Source: an uncultured Bacteroidota bacterium (GTDB lineage Bacteria > Bacteroidota > Bacteroidia > Bacteroidales > B18-G4). Taken from it: DNA of 64,000 nucleotides. The position numbers and the translations under genes were made by a program. The notes below the pieces were generated by a model. The model was given only the letters and a program-made list of their open reading frames with translations, did not search any database and had not been told where the DNA came from. The stretch covers positions 740,418 to 804,417 of the forward strand of contig CAWCAB010000003.1 in assembly GCA_963793485.1 (NCBI GenBank), given 5' to 3'. Below are positions 33,085-43,931 of this stretch, in pieces (the first letter of the stretch is position 1; every line of letters begins with the position of its first letter).

Positions 33085-33924
33085 CTAGTACGGTACAATC
33101 TTTTTCCAGTTGTAATCACGAGGATTTACACACATTACTGGTATCTGTGAGGTGTTGAAGATCATTTCTTCATCGTAGCTTCCAAGGATAAAGCTGGTGA
33201 CTCCCTTTCCAGGGTTGGTCATGATGAGGATTATATCTGAATTGTTTGCCGTTGCAAACTCAATCACCTGGTTAGAGAACCCACTTGATTTGGGTGCTAC
33301 ATCGATGGTATATTTCACATCATTTTTATGGAAATGGCTTGTAATACCTGCTACAACCTTGTCGATATTTTCACCGGCCTGTTGATAGATCTTGATCGTA
33401 GCCTTGAACTGCTTGGCAATGTGGACGGCCCATTCAGTTTTTTCCCAGATACCTGAATCGCTGGTGATCGGGAATACGATCTCGTTGTAAGGGCCATCAA
33501 ACTGACGCTTTTGAACAACGATTACAGGAACTGGTGAACTTGTTACAACCTTAATGGCATAGCTTCCTGTAAGCTTCTGCATCCCTACCTTTCCATGTGT
33601 TCCAAGGTACATTATAGAAGCATCAACTTCTGTAGCTACCTTGCTGATAGTTGAAAAAATATCACCTTCTTTGGCTATGGTCTCAACCTCGATACCGAAA
33701 TCGGCAACTACGTTGGCCGCTATAGTTTCAAGTTGCTTGTCAACGTAATCTGCTGCCTGCCCTTCACTTTTAAGAAAAGACTTGGTGTTTTTATCTATGA
33801 CATGAAGCAGTACTAATTTGTACTGAAGGTGCTTAGCTGCACCGGCAGCCTGGTTAATGGCATTGGCACAAACCTCAGAAAAATCTGTAGGTACCAGGAT
33901 GATCTTTTTTAACATGCTTTCCAT
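33085..33924 (-). CDS. Universal stress protein (paralogue of 29869-30735)
   Basis: ILVPTDFS, LGTHGKVG..LTGS.AIKVV.SSPVPVIVV, IPVMCVNP. Confidence 0.88.
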   Translation of the reverse strand: MESMLKKIILVPTDFSEVCANAINQAAGAAKHLQYKLVLLHVIDKNTKSFLKSEGQAADYVDKQLETIAANVVADFGIEVETIAKEGDIFSTISKVATEVDASIMYLGTHGKVGMQKLTGSYAIKVVTSSPVPVIVVQKRQFDGPYNEIVFPITSDSGIWEKTEWAVHIAKQFKATIKIYQQAGENIDKVVAGITSHFHKNDVKYTIDVAPKSSGFSNQVIEFATANNSDIILIMTNPGKGVTSFILGSYDEEMIFNTSQIPVMCVNPRDYNWKKIVPY

Positions 33925-34061
33925 GCGTACTATTATTAAGGGTTCTTACACTTAGAATTGTTCTACACAAATATAGGAATTATTTTTTTCGGCAACGGTA
34001 ATATATTAAATATTTGGTAATAGGTGCTGGCTACTGGGAGTCTGCCGCCCAAAGCCTGCAG

Positions 34062-34658
34062 CTAACGCCTATCCATAAAACAAACCAATTCTTTAACTTG
34101 ATTCAGGTTATCTTCTTTTTTCTCATTCCTTAGCTCTTGCGCAGACTTGGTGAAGAAGGTATGGTTTCCAAGAAACATTATTTGCAACTCATACCATTCC
34201 CGCAAAGTTGTGTGCCTGATATTCAGTATATTCCACTCATATTGCAATTGATGGGCAATCATGAAGAAATCCTCCCGTCCAAGGTAGTCAAGGTCAGAGT
34301 CACAGAGTATCTTATCAAGATAGTTAGTGGCACTTTGGGGCAATTTTGTTGTTATGATCATATCTGATATGAGATCAATATCGCTGGTGTCATACCCAAA
34401 CTTAGGCAGGTATTTACGAACGATTTCAACGCTGGCATCTTCGTGTCCTATATATGTTTTTAGCATACCTGAGTCATGAAATAGGGCTGCAGTTTCCAAA
34501 ATGATTCTGTCCCGTGGATCGATCTTTTCGAGCTCTGCAAAATTTCCGGCTGCATTCAGAACATCCAGCGTATGTTCTATGCTATGATAGGTCAGGTCCG
34601 GGTCAAGTTCGTTTGATAGCTTCTTGATAATAAAGTCTCTTGCTTCTGGATAATTCAT
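34062..34658 (-). CDS. HD-domain phosphohydrolase
   Basis: YHSIEHT, ALFHDSG, GHE, CDSDLDYLG. Confidence 0.85.
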   Translation of the reverse strand: MNYPEARDFIIKKLSNELDPDLTYHSIEHTLDVLNAAGNFAELEKIDPRDRIILETAALFHDSGMLKTYIGHEDASVEIVRKYLPKFGYDTSDIDLISDMIITTKLPQSATNYLDKILCDSDLDYLGREDFFMIAHQLQYEWNILNIRHTTLREWYELQIMFLGNHTFFTKSAQELRNEKKEDNLNQVKELVCFMDRR

Positions 34659-34724
34659 AAGAGAGTGATTGCTGCTTTGTTATAAAACGATTTCAATGAT
34701 AGTTTTGTTTTGTAAAAGTATATA

Positions 34725-36866
34725 TTAATTGAACCGCTCAACGCCATCCCAATCATCAGGGAATCCCAGATCGATAAATTTCTGGCAGCGTTTCATATAC
34801 AGGGCTGCAGCCTGATCTTCAGGATTGATATCCTGAACTTCAGTAAACAACATCAGCGCTTCCTGGAATTCTTTGCTCTTATAGTGCTGAATGGCCTGAT
34901 TAAACTGGTTCTTTGTCTTGTTTTTCAGTTCCCTGATATCTTCCGGGTCACCATCGATGATCTCAAAGATATAAACCGCCTCATTCTTTCCTTTCACCTT
35001 CACTACATCCAGGAAACGGTAATTGTACAGGGTAGGATCGTTGATCTTGATCAGGGTTTCTTCGGTGATTAGAATCTTCGATCCATAAACCTTGGTCAAT
35101 CCTTCAAGCCTGGCAGCCAGGTTCACGGCGTCTGAAATAACGGTTCCTTCCATTCTGCCTTCACCGCCAACTATGCCCAGCATCAATGACCCTGTATGAA
35201 TGCCAATGCCTGAGTCGATGGGTTGCTGTCCAAACTGGTTTATAATATGATTGAACTCGGCGAGTTTGATCCTCATTTCAATGGATGCATTGATCGCATC
35301 TTCCGTATTATCGGGGAAGAGAGCCATGATGGAATCACCAATGTATTTATCAACAAAGCCCCCGTTATTCCTGATCACGGGCTCCATATAACCCAGGTAG
35401 TTGTTTAGAAAGTTGAAATTCTCCTTGGGCGTCATCTTTTCCGACAGAGTAGTAAAATCCCTGATATCAGTGAACAGCACTGTCATCTCTTTTTGTACCT
35501 GGTCTCCCAACTGTATATCAGCAATGCTTTCTTTGCCCAGATATTCGAGGAACTGCCTGGGTACAAAACGGGCATTGGCTTTATTCATCATTGAGATGTT
35601 CTCGATATAGTCTTTGATCTTCCCGCTCATCTCATTGTAGCCTTCCGTAAGTTCTCCGATCTCATCATTGGTCCTGACAATGCTGTAGGATTCCATTTCA
35701 CCCCGGCCGGTGCGCTGCATATTCAACAGCAACTCTTTTACAGGGTAAACAATATCTCGTGTAGTCCAGCGAATGAACAGCAGCAGGTAAAAGAATGAGA
35801 TCATGATACCGCTGAAGGTTCCTATGAGCATGATATAAGTATCGAAGAGGTTCACATAAACCACCCCTTGTTCAGAATTCATGGAAGTTTCTCCGAAATA
35901 GCTTTCGTACTTACCTACCAAAATCTCCACCTGGTCATCAGTAGGTGGGCCATCCAGTACATCGCGAACATTGGTCACGCTAATAAGCATATAGAATAAT
36001 ACGATGAGCAAGGGTAGGAATGTTGTCATGGCGCTGGAAATCCATAGCCTGTTCTTAATCCTGCCAACCTTGATATTGAATATCCTTTTTCTGAGTTCAT
36101 CCGGTGTGAAGAAAAACTCCAGGTACCTTATATGCACCCGGTGTTTCTGCCAGAAGTATACAAACAGGATGTTCAGTAGTGACGAAACGATCATGATGAA
36201 GAAAAACTGCCTGTAGAACCTGATGGTGATCTCATTAAAATCGCCGTGAAACAACAACTGGTAAAGCATGAAGCCGGAAGTGATACCATAGGTGATGAAG
36301 AGTATCCCGGCATTGATCATTGGTGTCTTGAGGATATACTTCTTGCAGAATTTAAACAAGCCGTCTTTGATCTTTTTATTCCGACGTTTCTTCCTGAGAT
36401 ATATCTTAAATGGTAAATTAAATGCCAATCCAAGGAAAAAACTAATCAGCAACAGCCTGAGCCACAGCCTGGATACCCTGCTGAAGTGCCCGGTCATCTT
36501 ATCATCTTCATTTTCCCTGATGGGATCGTCCGGATTTACACTGTTTTCGTTTGGCAGGTCGACAGTAACATTTGTAGTGTCAATATTAAATGAAATGTTA
36601 TTGTGCTCAATTGGTGGTGCTTCTGAGCTGTCAGCAGGCAAGGGTTGTGGCGCATATTGGAGGGCGATAGTATCAGCTGTGAACCTAATGCTATCCGGGA
36701 GGTTGAACTCATAGGCTCCCGTACGATATTTTTGAAGGTCGGGGGCATGCTTTATCAGCAGTATGCCGGTGATCGGGAATACCAGGAACATGAAAAGGAT
36801 CGTCGAGATCGCATAGATCCTGAACCCATAGTATGCCGGTACCGGCCTGTATTTTTTTTTAGCCAT
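34725..36866 (-). CDS. Membrane-bound class III adenylate cyclase (TMs-HAMP-cyclase-TPR-like tail)
   Basis: FTDIRDFT, DKYIGDSIM, GIGIHTG, TVISDAVNLAARLE; HAMP (DEIGEL); C-terminal DWDGV. Confidence 0.9.
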   Translation of the reverse strand: MAKKKYRPVPAYYGFRIYAISTILFMFLVFPITGILLIKHAPDLQKYRTGAYEFNLPDSIRFTADTIALQYAPQPLPADSSEAPPIEHNNISFNIDTTNVTVDLPNENSVNPDDPIRENEDDKMTGHFSRVSRLWLRLLLISFFLGLAFNLPFKIYLRKKRRNKKIKDGLFKFCKKYILKTPMINAGILFITYGITSGFMLYQLLFHGDFNEITIRFYRQFFFIMIVSSLLNILFVYFWQKHRVHIRYLEFFFTPDELRKRIFNIKVGRIKNRLWISSAMTTFLPLLIVLFYMLISVTNVRDVLDGPPTDDQVEILVGKYESYFGETSMNSEQGVVYVNLFDTYIMLIGTFSGIMISFFYLLLFIRWTTRDIVYPVKELLLNMQRTGRGEMESYSIVRTNDEIGELTEGYNEMSGKIKDYIENISMMNKANARFVPRQFLEYLGKESIADIQLGDQVQKEMTVLFTDIRDFTTLSEKMTPKENFNFLNNYLGYMEPVIRNNGGFVDKYIGDSIMALFPDNTEDAINASIEMRIKLAEFNHIINQFGQQPIDSGIGIHTGSLMLGIVGGEGRMEGTVISDAVNLAARLEGLTKVYGSKILITEETLIKINDPTLYNYRFLDVVKVKGKNEAVYIFEIIDGDPEDIRELKNKTKNQFNQAIQHYKSKEFQEALMLFTEVQDINPEDQAAALYMKRCQKFIDLGFPDDWDGVERFN

Positions 36867-36947
36867 CTTACTTATAGCAAAATCAATACGTAAAGATAGG
36901 AAAAAGAACTAAAGATTGTCGATGTTCGATGTTCGTTCTTCGGTCTT

Positions 36948-37493
36948 CTAAGAAACAGAATATATGATCTCCATTCCTCGAAGGATAGCTTTCTCATTGT
37001 CGGGGATCATGTGATGATATCTTTCAGGAAGAGATTTTTTCAATCCTAAGATCACATTTTCCAGTTTCACAACAGGGTTCACCTTCAGGTAACCACCCAA
37101 CACTATCATGTTGAAGATCTTGGTGAGGCCTAAATTTGCCGCTTCATCGGCAGCATCAATGCGCCAGATTCTGATATCTTTCCTTTCGGGGTGGTGACTG
37201 ATGCCGTTTCCGTCATAAATAAGCAGCCCACCGGGTTTTACAGCTGATTCGAACTTGTCCATCGATTGCTGGTTCAGGATGATGGCAGTATCATATTCAG
37301 TAAGGATAGGAGAACTGATGCGTTCGTCACTGAGAATAACGGTTACATTGGCTGTTCCACCTCTCATCTCAGGTCCGTACGAAGGCATCCAGCTAACTTC
37401 CTGGTCCTGCATAATGCCTGAATAAGCGAGGATCTTGCCCATTGAGAGAACGCCCTGCCCACCAAAACCGGCTATAATGATTTCTTCTGTCAT
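36948..37493 (-). CDS. 2-oxoacid:ferredoxin oxidoreductase gamma subunit
   Basis: AGFGGQGV, SYGPEMRGG. Confidence 0.92.
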   Translation of the reverse strand: MTEEIIIAGFGGQGVLSMGKILAYSGIMQDQEVSWMPSYGPEMRGGTANVTVILSDERISSPILTEYDTAIILNQQSMDKFESAVKPGGLLIYDGNGISHHPERKDIRIWRIDAADEAANLGLTKIFNMIVLGGYLKVNPVVKLENVILGLKKSLPERYHHMIPDNEKAILRGMEIIYSVS

Positions 37494-37504
37494 GATATGC
37501 TGTA

Positions 37505-38296
37505 TTACTTATTTACTAATTCAAAATCAACTTTAATATCGCCAAGAGGATAGAAGGGAAACATATTTTCTTCCATCCATTTGTTGGATTGAACGGGGGT
37601 CATCTTCCATCCCGAATTACAGTTGGAGACGATCTCCACAAAGTTCAGTCCTTCTTTAAAGTTTAGCTGGTTTTCGAAGGCTTTCTTGATTGCACGTCTT
37701 GCTTTTCTGACATTACCCGGTGTATGCACAGAATGCCTGCTTACTGAACGTACTCCAGGGAGTTGAGCTACCAGTTCCGTGATCTTCAGTGGGTTGCCCA
37801 TGATATGTACATCACGCCCGTATGGTGAAGTGGATGATTTCATCCCGGGAAGTGTTGTAGGGGCCATCTGGCCACCTGTCATCCCATAAATACCATTATT
37901 TACAAAAATGATCACGATATTTTCACCGCGGTTACAGGCGTGGATTGTTTCGGCTGTGCCGATGGCAGCAAGGTCGCCATCACCCTGGTATGTAAAGACC
38001 ACCTTATTGGGCCAGCAACGCTTAATTCCTGTGGCCAGTGCCGGAGCACGACCATGAGCGGCCTGCTGCATGTCCACATTCATGAAATCGTATGCAAGAA
38101 CAGAGCACCCCACGGGTGCAATGCCTATGGTATCCTGACCAACACCCAGCTCTTCGAGTACTTCCATGGTGATGCGATGAGCCGTACCATGTCCGCAACC
38201 CGGGCAATAGCTCAGGATGTTATCGGTCATGAGAGGGGTCTTTTTGTAGACTAAATTCTCCTCGTTGATGATTTCTGATAATATTTCGTCTTTCAT
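37505..38296 (-). CDS. 2-oxoacid:ferredoxin oxidoreductase beta (TPP-binding) subunit
   Basis: YCPGCGH, HGRA, QGDGD, NNGIYGMTGGQMAPT. Confidence 0.92.
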   Translation of the reverse strand: MKDEILSEIINEENLVYKKTPLMTDNILSYCPGCGHGTAHRITMEVLEELGVGQDTIGIAPVGCSVLAYDFMNVDMQQAAHGRAPALATGIKRCWPNKVVFTYQGDGDLAAIGTAETIHACNRGENIVIIFVNNGIYGMTGGQMAPTTLPGMKSSTSPYGRDVHIMGNPLKITELVAQLPGVRSVSRHSVHTPGNVRKARRAIKKAFENQLNFKEGLNFVEIVSNCNSGWKMTPVQSNKWMEENMFPFYPLGDIKVDFELVNK

Positions 38297-38300
38297 GCTT

Positions 38301-39383
38301 TTAGCCTCCTATAATTTTGTCTTCAAGTGCCTGAAGCGCTTCTGCCGGTGAGTGAATGATGCCACCCATACGACCAAAATGTTCAACTTTAATGTTGCAG
38401 CCTACCGAAAGCCTGATGTCTTCTACCATCTGCCCGGCGTTGAGTTCCAGAGATAGGATGCCCTTCACCTGTAATGACAGACGTCTGACAGCTTCGCTGG
38501 GGAAGGGGAAGAGGGTGATAGGCCTTAAAAGACCGATCTTGATTCCTTTGGCACGTCCCAGGTCGATGGCCTTTTGCGCAATACGGGCACTGGAACCAAA
38601 GGCAATGAACAAATATTCAGCGTCATCGCACATAATCTCTTCAAACTCCACTTCATTTGCCCTGATCTCATCATATTTCTTCTGAAGGTGGATGTTATGC
38701 AATTCCTGCTTGGCTGAATCCAGGTCGAGGGAAGTGATGATGTTGCGTTCACGTGTTGAAGGCTTGCCAACGGTTGCCCATGGGCAATTTTCAACGATCT
38801 CCTCGTCTGTCCAGCGTGGTGTATGTTCGGGCATGATCACCTTTTCCATCATCTGGCCGATAAGGCCGTCACTGAGGATCATCACAGGTGTACGGTATTT
38901 GTATGCCAGGTCGAAGCCTTTTGGAACAAAGTCGGCCATTTCCTGAACGGAGGCAGGAGCCAGCACGATCATGTGATAATCACCATGTCCGCCACCCTTC
39001 ACTGCCTGGAAATAATCAGCCTGTGATGGCTGAATGGTTCCCAGGCCTGGGCCGCCCCTGACTACATTTACAATGACGCAGGGCAATTCTGCACCTGCCA
39101 TATATGAGATTCCTTCCTGCTTCAGGCTTATGCCCGGGCTGGATGAAGATGTCATGGTCTTTTTCCCGGCTCCGGCAGCCCCATAAACCATGTTGATAGC
39201 AGCTACTTCGCTTTCTGCCTGCAAAACTACCATCCCGGTAGTTTCGTATGGTTTTTCTGCCATGAGGTATTCGATCACCTCCGACTGTGGGGTAATGGGG
39301 TACCCGAAATAGGCATCTACACCGGCACGGATAGCCGCTTCAGCGATTGCCTCATTGCCTTTCATTAGCTTTAATTCGCCCAT
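38301..39383 (-). CDS. vorB: 2-oxoacid:ferredoxin oxidoreductase alpha subunit (VorB-like)
   Basis: GNEAIAEAA, GYPITPQSE, QAESE, TSSSSPG, RGGPGLG. Confidence 0.88.
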   Translation of the reverse strand: MGELKLMKGNEAIAEAAIRAGVDAYFGYPITPQSEVIEYLMAEKPYETTGMVVLQAESEVAAINMVYGAAGAGKKTMTSSSSPGISLKQEGISYMAGAELPCVIVNVVRGGPGLGTIQPSQADYFQAVKGGGHGDYHMIVLAPASVQEMADFVPKGFDLAYKYRTPVMILSDGLIGQMMEKVIMPEHTPRWTDEEIVENCPWATVGKPSTRERNIITSLDLDSAKQELHNIHLQKKYDEIRANEVEFEEIMCDDAEYLFIAFGSSARIAQKAIDLGRAKGIKIGLLRPITLFPFPSEAVRRLSLQVKGILSLELNAGQMVEDIRLSVGCNIKVEHFGRMGGIIHSPAEALQALEDKIIGG

Positions 39384-39404
39384 TCTTATCTTATTTTGAC
39401 TGAA

Positions 39405-39635
39405 TTATGAATTCATTTTTTTACGGTACACCGTGATGACTCCATCAGGGCATACTACTGCACAATTGGCACAACCCACACAGTTTTCGGGATTAAGCAT
39501 ATATGCATATTTGTAACCTTTGATATTCACCTCTTTGGCGATGCCGATGACATCGTGCGGGCATGCACCAACACAAACTTCGCAACCCTTGCAACGATCA
39601 ATGTCAACTACGATCGCACCCTTGAATTTTGCCAT
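39405..39635 (-). CDS. 2x[4Fe-4S] ferredoxin (delta subunit)
   Basis: CKGCEVCVGACP and CVGCANCAVVCP. Confidence 0.92.
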   Translation of the reverse strand: MAKFKGAIVVDIDRCKGCEVCVGACPHDVIGIAKEVNIKGYKYAYMLNPENCVGCANCAVVCPDGVITVYRKKMNS

Positions 39636-39891
39636 TTTATTGTTTGTTAGCTTAGATAAAATTGCTGTTTAAAAAAGTGCTTCAAATGTACGATTTTTAG
39701 CTATAATGCAGAGGGGTCATGAGCTAATTTAGAATGGACTCAGGCAATTTATATTGGGTATAAATTAGGCACGGGATGCGGGGCGTGGGGCGTGAGGGGA
39801 AAGAGTAACGAGTATCGAAAAACGAGTAACGAATATCGAAAATAACTCAACGACCTGTCCTGAGCGAAGTCGAAGGGCTCAACACTCAAAA

Positions 39892-41211
39892 CTATTTAAT
39901 GGGGTGATCCTGACGAAACTGCTTCAGCCTTCTTTCCAGGTCGGGAAACTGTTCTCTCTTTACCAAACTCACGCAGGCGCGTATGCCTTCCAGCCGTTCG
40001 CTGCCGGTGATGGCCAGTGAGATGGCACTTATACCATAATATACAAGTTCATTCAGCAATTCTTCGCCTGTGAAACCTGGATAGGCAAAAGTGAAGTAAA
40101 AACCGTCGGCGATGGGCTTGTCCTCATCTTTATCGTAAACGATGTTGAAGCCATTGTCGATGAACATCTTTTTCATGATGACAGCCTTCGCTCCATACTC
40201 TTTTACTACCTCCACAAAGTTGTATTCTCCGTCATTAACCGCTTTCAGGATGGCTGCCAGGCCATATTGAGGTGTATGTGCTGTTCCTGATGAAAGGGCA
40301 TACATAGAACCGAAGATCATGGCGTAACCAAACTGATCGGATACATAATATCTTTTCAGGTCAGGGAAATGGCTGTTGAAAAGTTTGTCGGAGATCACCA
40401 TCATCCCAATTCGCTGACCCGCATAGCTGAAGGCTTTTGAACTGGAGATCAACAGCATGAAATTATCGGTGTATTGAGCAACGCTGGGCTGGTATGGGGG
40501 TTCTCCCGGGCGGGAAAAGTCCTGCCTGAAATCCATGCCGATATAGGCGAGGTCTTCCAGTACGATCACATCATATTTTTCAGCCAGCTCGGCGATGATC
40601 TTCAATTCTTTTTCCGTGAAGCAAATCCAGGAAGGATTGTTTGGATTGCTGTACAGCAAACAGGAAATATGCCCTTTCGAAAGGAAAGACTCCAATTTAT
40701 CACGAAGCTTGTCGCCTCTATAATTATATACATCGAAACTTTCAAAATCAATGCCCAGAACCCTGTGTTGCTGCTTGTGAACTGGGAAACCGGGATCGAG
40801 AAAGAGAGTGGTGTTCTTCTCTTTCCTCATCCTGTTCAGAGTCATGAATGCAGCAAAACCACCCTGCATAGAACCAACGGTTGGGACACAACATTCTTCG
40901 CTTACATCAATATTTATAAATAGTTTTACAAATCTTGATATTTCCTTTTTAAGCGGAGCGATGCCGAAAATATCAGGATAAATGGCAGGAATTCCTCTTC
41001 GAAGAGCTTCTATTTCAGCTTCAATACCAATTTGAGCAGGGGGGAGGCCCGGGATGCCCATTTCCATACGGATAAATTTTTCTCCTGTGGCAGCTTCAAT
41101 CTGGTCAATGAGTTTTTTGATATCCCTGATAGAAGCCTTCCCAACACTTTCTATCGGGCTCTCATTTAATTTTTGGGTAACTATTTCGTAATTAATGGGC
41201 GTCTCTTTCAT
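39892..41211 (-). CDS. PLP-dependent aminotransferase, class I/II
   Basis: SNPNNP, EDLAY, SSSKAFSYAGQRIG. Confidence 0.88.
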   Translation of the reverse strand: MKETPINYEIVTQKLNESPIESVGKASIRDIKKLIDQIEAATGEKFIRMEMGIPGLPPAQIGIEAEIEALRRGIPAIYPDIFGIAPLKKEISRFVKLFINIDVSEECCVPTVGSMQGGFAAFMTLNRMRKEKNTTLFLDPGFPVHKQQHRVLGIDFESFDVYNYRGDKLRDKLESFLSKGHISCLLYSNPNNPSWICFTEKELKIIAELAEKYDVIVLEDLAYIGMDFRQDFSRPGEPPYQPSVAQYTDNFMLLISSSKAFSYAGQRIGMMVISDKLFNSHFPDLKRYYVSDQFGYAMIFGSMYALSSGTAHTPQYGLAAILKAVNDGEYNFVEVVKEYGAKAVIMKKMFIDNGFNIVYDKDEDKPIADGFYFTFAYPGFTGEELLNELVYYGISAISLAITGSERLEGIRACVSLVKREQFPDLERRLKQFRQDHPIK

Positions 41212-41251
41212 CTTTTATCCGTGTTATGAATACCAAATATAGAAATTATTA

Positions 41252-42487
41252 TTAAAAGAAATAGAAGACGGCTGCGAGACAGCGTAAATTGCACACTTCC
41301 TTTGCATCTTGCACCCTTCCACTCAAATCAACATCCCCATATGCGGCTACAGTATATTCAAATTCAAGTCCGATCATCACTCTGCCGGAATAATACTCTA
41401 ATCGGGGAGAAGCCCTGTACAGGTAAGCAATATCCTGACCCATTCCAAAATATGCCCCCATGGCCGCACCTTCATAACCCAGGTTGGCGGCATATCCTGC
41501 CAGCAAGCCGAATTTGAACTGTTTTCCCTTTGAGGAGATGTCGGCCCAGACTGAAACCTGTGATGTAGGCGTATAGCTGATCTTATGGTCTATTGAATCG
41601 ATATCCGTTTCAACGTAACCTCCCAGCATGATAAATTCTGTCAGGTTTTGACCCCAAACCAGCTGGGTCTTTACTAGTATTGCAGGGAAATCAAGTTTGG
41701 CGAAGGCTGTAACTGCCCAAGACTTCACTTTTTCATTGGCTTTGTATTCCCCTTCAGGAGGAAAATTTACCGTTAGCCTTGGCTGGATCATCTTATAATC
41801 TACTCCGGCACCAATGACATGATCTCCCGGTTTCCACTGCAATTGCAGGTCGAGATTAGGCAAAATTGCATCCCTGAGGTATTTCGGCGACCTGCCTTCA
41901 GGCCCTGAACTGGCATAGTCTCTCTGTGAAGCCGCTACAGCTATAAGATGAAAGTTCCCGCTCCGGTATGTAGCTCTGATCTGGATATGTCTGGCAAATG
42001 GGTGAAAGGGTGCACCCAGGTTGAGCCCTATGGTCTTTGGCCTGACTTCAGGAACATATAGAGGATGCCAGTATTGGCCCACCATCACACTGAATTGCTT
42101 CCAGCTTAGCTGCACCCAGGCTTCTCTCAGGCGCAAACCATTATTGTCGGCATTTGAGGATCCTGTAAAGTCAGTTTCGATCACACCCAGGGTTTGTGCA
42201 CCTAATGCATTCGGGCCCGTCATCGTAGCTCGTATGCGAGTAGTCATGGCTGCCTGATTGAACTGGGCTTTGGCATTGATGTCGTTTCCCTCCCTGTCAG
42301 GGAGTTCATTCTTCGGAAATAGACTTACCATCCCGGCCCGGGCTTCTACTATCTGGCGCGTATCATAAAAGGCCTGGGCGTTCACAAAACCTGAGAAACG
42401 GATGCCCCATTCACTTTTCTGGGCACTTGACGAAAAATTGCAAGCAAGGAGAAGAAGGATAATATATAATGCCGGCTTTCTAAGCAA
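41252..42487 (-). CDS. DcaP-like outer-membrane porin
   Basis: Signal peptide; FSGFV...YDTRQ, IETDF, RLREAW, GQYWHP; C-terminal YFF. Confidence 0.7.
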   Translation of the reverse strand: MLRKPALYIILLLLACNFSSSAQKSEWGIRFSGFVNAQAFYDTRQIVEARAGMVSLFPKNELPDREGNDINAKAQFNQAAMTTRIRATMTGPNALGAQTLGVIETDFTGSSNADNNGLRLREAWVQLSWKQFSVMVGQYWHPLYVPEVRPKTIGLNLGAPFHPFARHIQIRATYRSGNFHLIAVAASQRDYASSGPEGRSPKYLRDAILPNLDLQLQWKPGDHVIGAGVDYKMIQPRLTVNFPPEGEYKANEKVKSWAVTAFAKLDFPAILVKTQLVWGQNLTEFIMLGGYVETDIDSIDHKISYTPTSQVSVWADISSKGKQFKFGLLAGYAANLGYEGAAMGAYFGMGQDIAYLYRASPRLEYYSGRVMIGLEFEYTVAAYGDVDLSGRVQDAKEVCNLRCLAAVFYFF

Positions 42488-43925
42488 TTTCTTTCTTATT
42501 TGGAATTAGTAGACTGACTAACGGGTTGATCGCAAGAGAGGTGAGCATCCCAATGGTACCAGCAGAAGGGGAGGGCATACCTGTACCATATAATATAAGG
42601 CAGGTCGCGAGCCCGATGATACCAGAACTGATGGCGCCGGCTTTTCCTGCATCTTTCCATAATATGCCCCAGATGAAGGGCCCCAGGAAGAATGATCCTA
42701 AAGCACCCCAGGAAATCCCCAGAATGGCAACTATGGAATCCAGATCGAGCCAGGCCAGTATCACCGAAAGGAGCACAAAAAAGGCACTGCCTATTCGCAT
42801 TAGCTTCGTAAGTCGCTTGTCAGATGCATTTTTATTGACGAAACCATGGTAAAAGTCTTTGGTGAGCGATGAACTGGAAATTAGTACAAGGGCTGCCAGT
42901 GTTGACATGGAAGCCGACAGGATCAGTAGCAGTATGATCACCGATAGTGACTCAGGTATAACTTTAGAGAGTAATTCTGGCATGAGCCGGTCGTACATGG
43001 GAACCCCATTTGTAAAAACATGACTGAATTCCGGGTCAGTCGGTGATATGAATATTCGGGTAGTGGAACCGATATAGTAAGCAACACCGCCGATCAATAA
43101 GGCAAAGAAAGTGGATGCCACCATCCCGATACGTATCGACCTGCGATCACGGATGGCATAAAATTTTTGTACCAGCTGCGGCATGGCAAAAGGGGCCACA
43201 CTGGTCAGGAATATCAATGAAAACAGTGGCCAGAGTCCCGGCGGGCCCACAGGGGCTATAAGTTTGGGCTCAATGGCCTTTAGTGTATTTGTGATCATGG
43301 CCATGCCACCGCCTTCATTTAGGGTGGAAAAGTAAAGGATGATCACGCCAACAGTCATGATGATGCCGAAGATCATATCGATCATAGCCATCGACTTGTA
43401 TCCGCCCAGCACGATATATGAAGCAGTAAATATGCCTATGAAGAACAGGGCATGCCAGTATTCCAGGTTGAAATTGGAGGTGAATAAGTATGAAAGACCC
43501 ATAAATACGGCTGCAGAGTAAGGGATCATGAATACGAATATGACCAGCGCAGCTGAAAGCTTCAGGAAGGGGCTGTCGTATCGCTTTTCAAGGTATTCGC
43601 ACATGGTGCTGACCTTATAATTGACCTGTATTTGCTTGATCTTCCAGCCAAAAACACCCCAGACCAGCAAGACACCAACCAGGGCATTAAAAAGGGCGAT
43701 CCACAGGCCGGAGTATCCAAAATTCCAACCAATCTTTCCGGCGAAGCCTATGAAGAGCACAGCACTGAAATATGCTGTTCCATATGAAAATGCAGTCATC
43801 CAGGGCCCTACCTTGCCTCCTCCGAGGAAGAAATCATTAAAGGAACGGGTTTTTCTCAGGCCAATGATACCTACCGTGATGATCATGGCGGCATAAAGGG
43901 CGATAACAATAAGCTTAACGATCAT
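42480..43925 (-). CDS. Sodium:solute symporter
   Basis: DFFLGG, SAVLFIG.AG, YLEKRY, LGGY, PQLVQKFY, SASMST. Confidence 0.9.
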   Translation of the reverse strand: MIVKLIVIALYAAMIITVGIIGLRKTRSFNDFFLGGGKVGPWMTAFSYGTAYFSAVLFIGFAGKIGWNFGYSGLWIALFNALVGVLLVWGVFGWKIKQIQVNYKVSTMCEYLEKRYDSPFLKLSAALVIFVFMIPYSAAVFMGLSYLFTSNFNLEYWHALFFIGIFTASYIVLGGYKSMAMIDMIFGIIMTVGVIILYFSTLNEGGGMAMITNTLKAIEPKLIAPVGPPGLWPLFSLIFLTSVAPFAMPQLVQKFYAIRDRRSIRIGMVASTFFALLIGGVAYYIGSTTRIFISPTDPEFSHVFTNGVPMYDRLMPELLSKVIPESLSVIILLLILSASMSTLAALVLISSSSLTKDFYHGFVNKNASDKRLTKLMRIGSAFFVLLSVILAWLDLDSIVAILGISWGALGSFFLGPFIWGILWKDAGKAGAISSGIIGLATCLILYGTGMPSPSAGTIGMLTSLAINPLVSLLIPNKKEIA

Positions 43926-43931
43926 ATGGGT

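Noticed and set aside
34062..36866. Pycsar/CBASS-type antiphage system
   Set aside because: The cyclase is a TM-HAMP sensor with ATP-specifying residues, and no TM or TIR effector is adjacent
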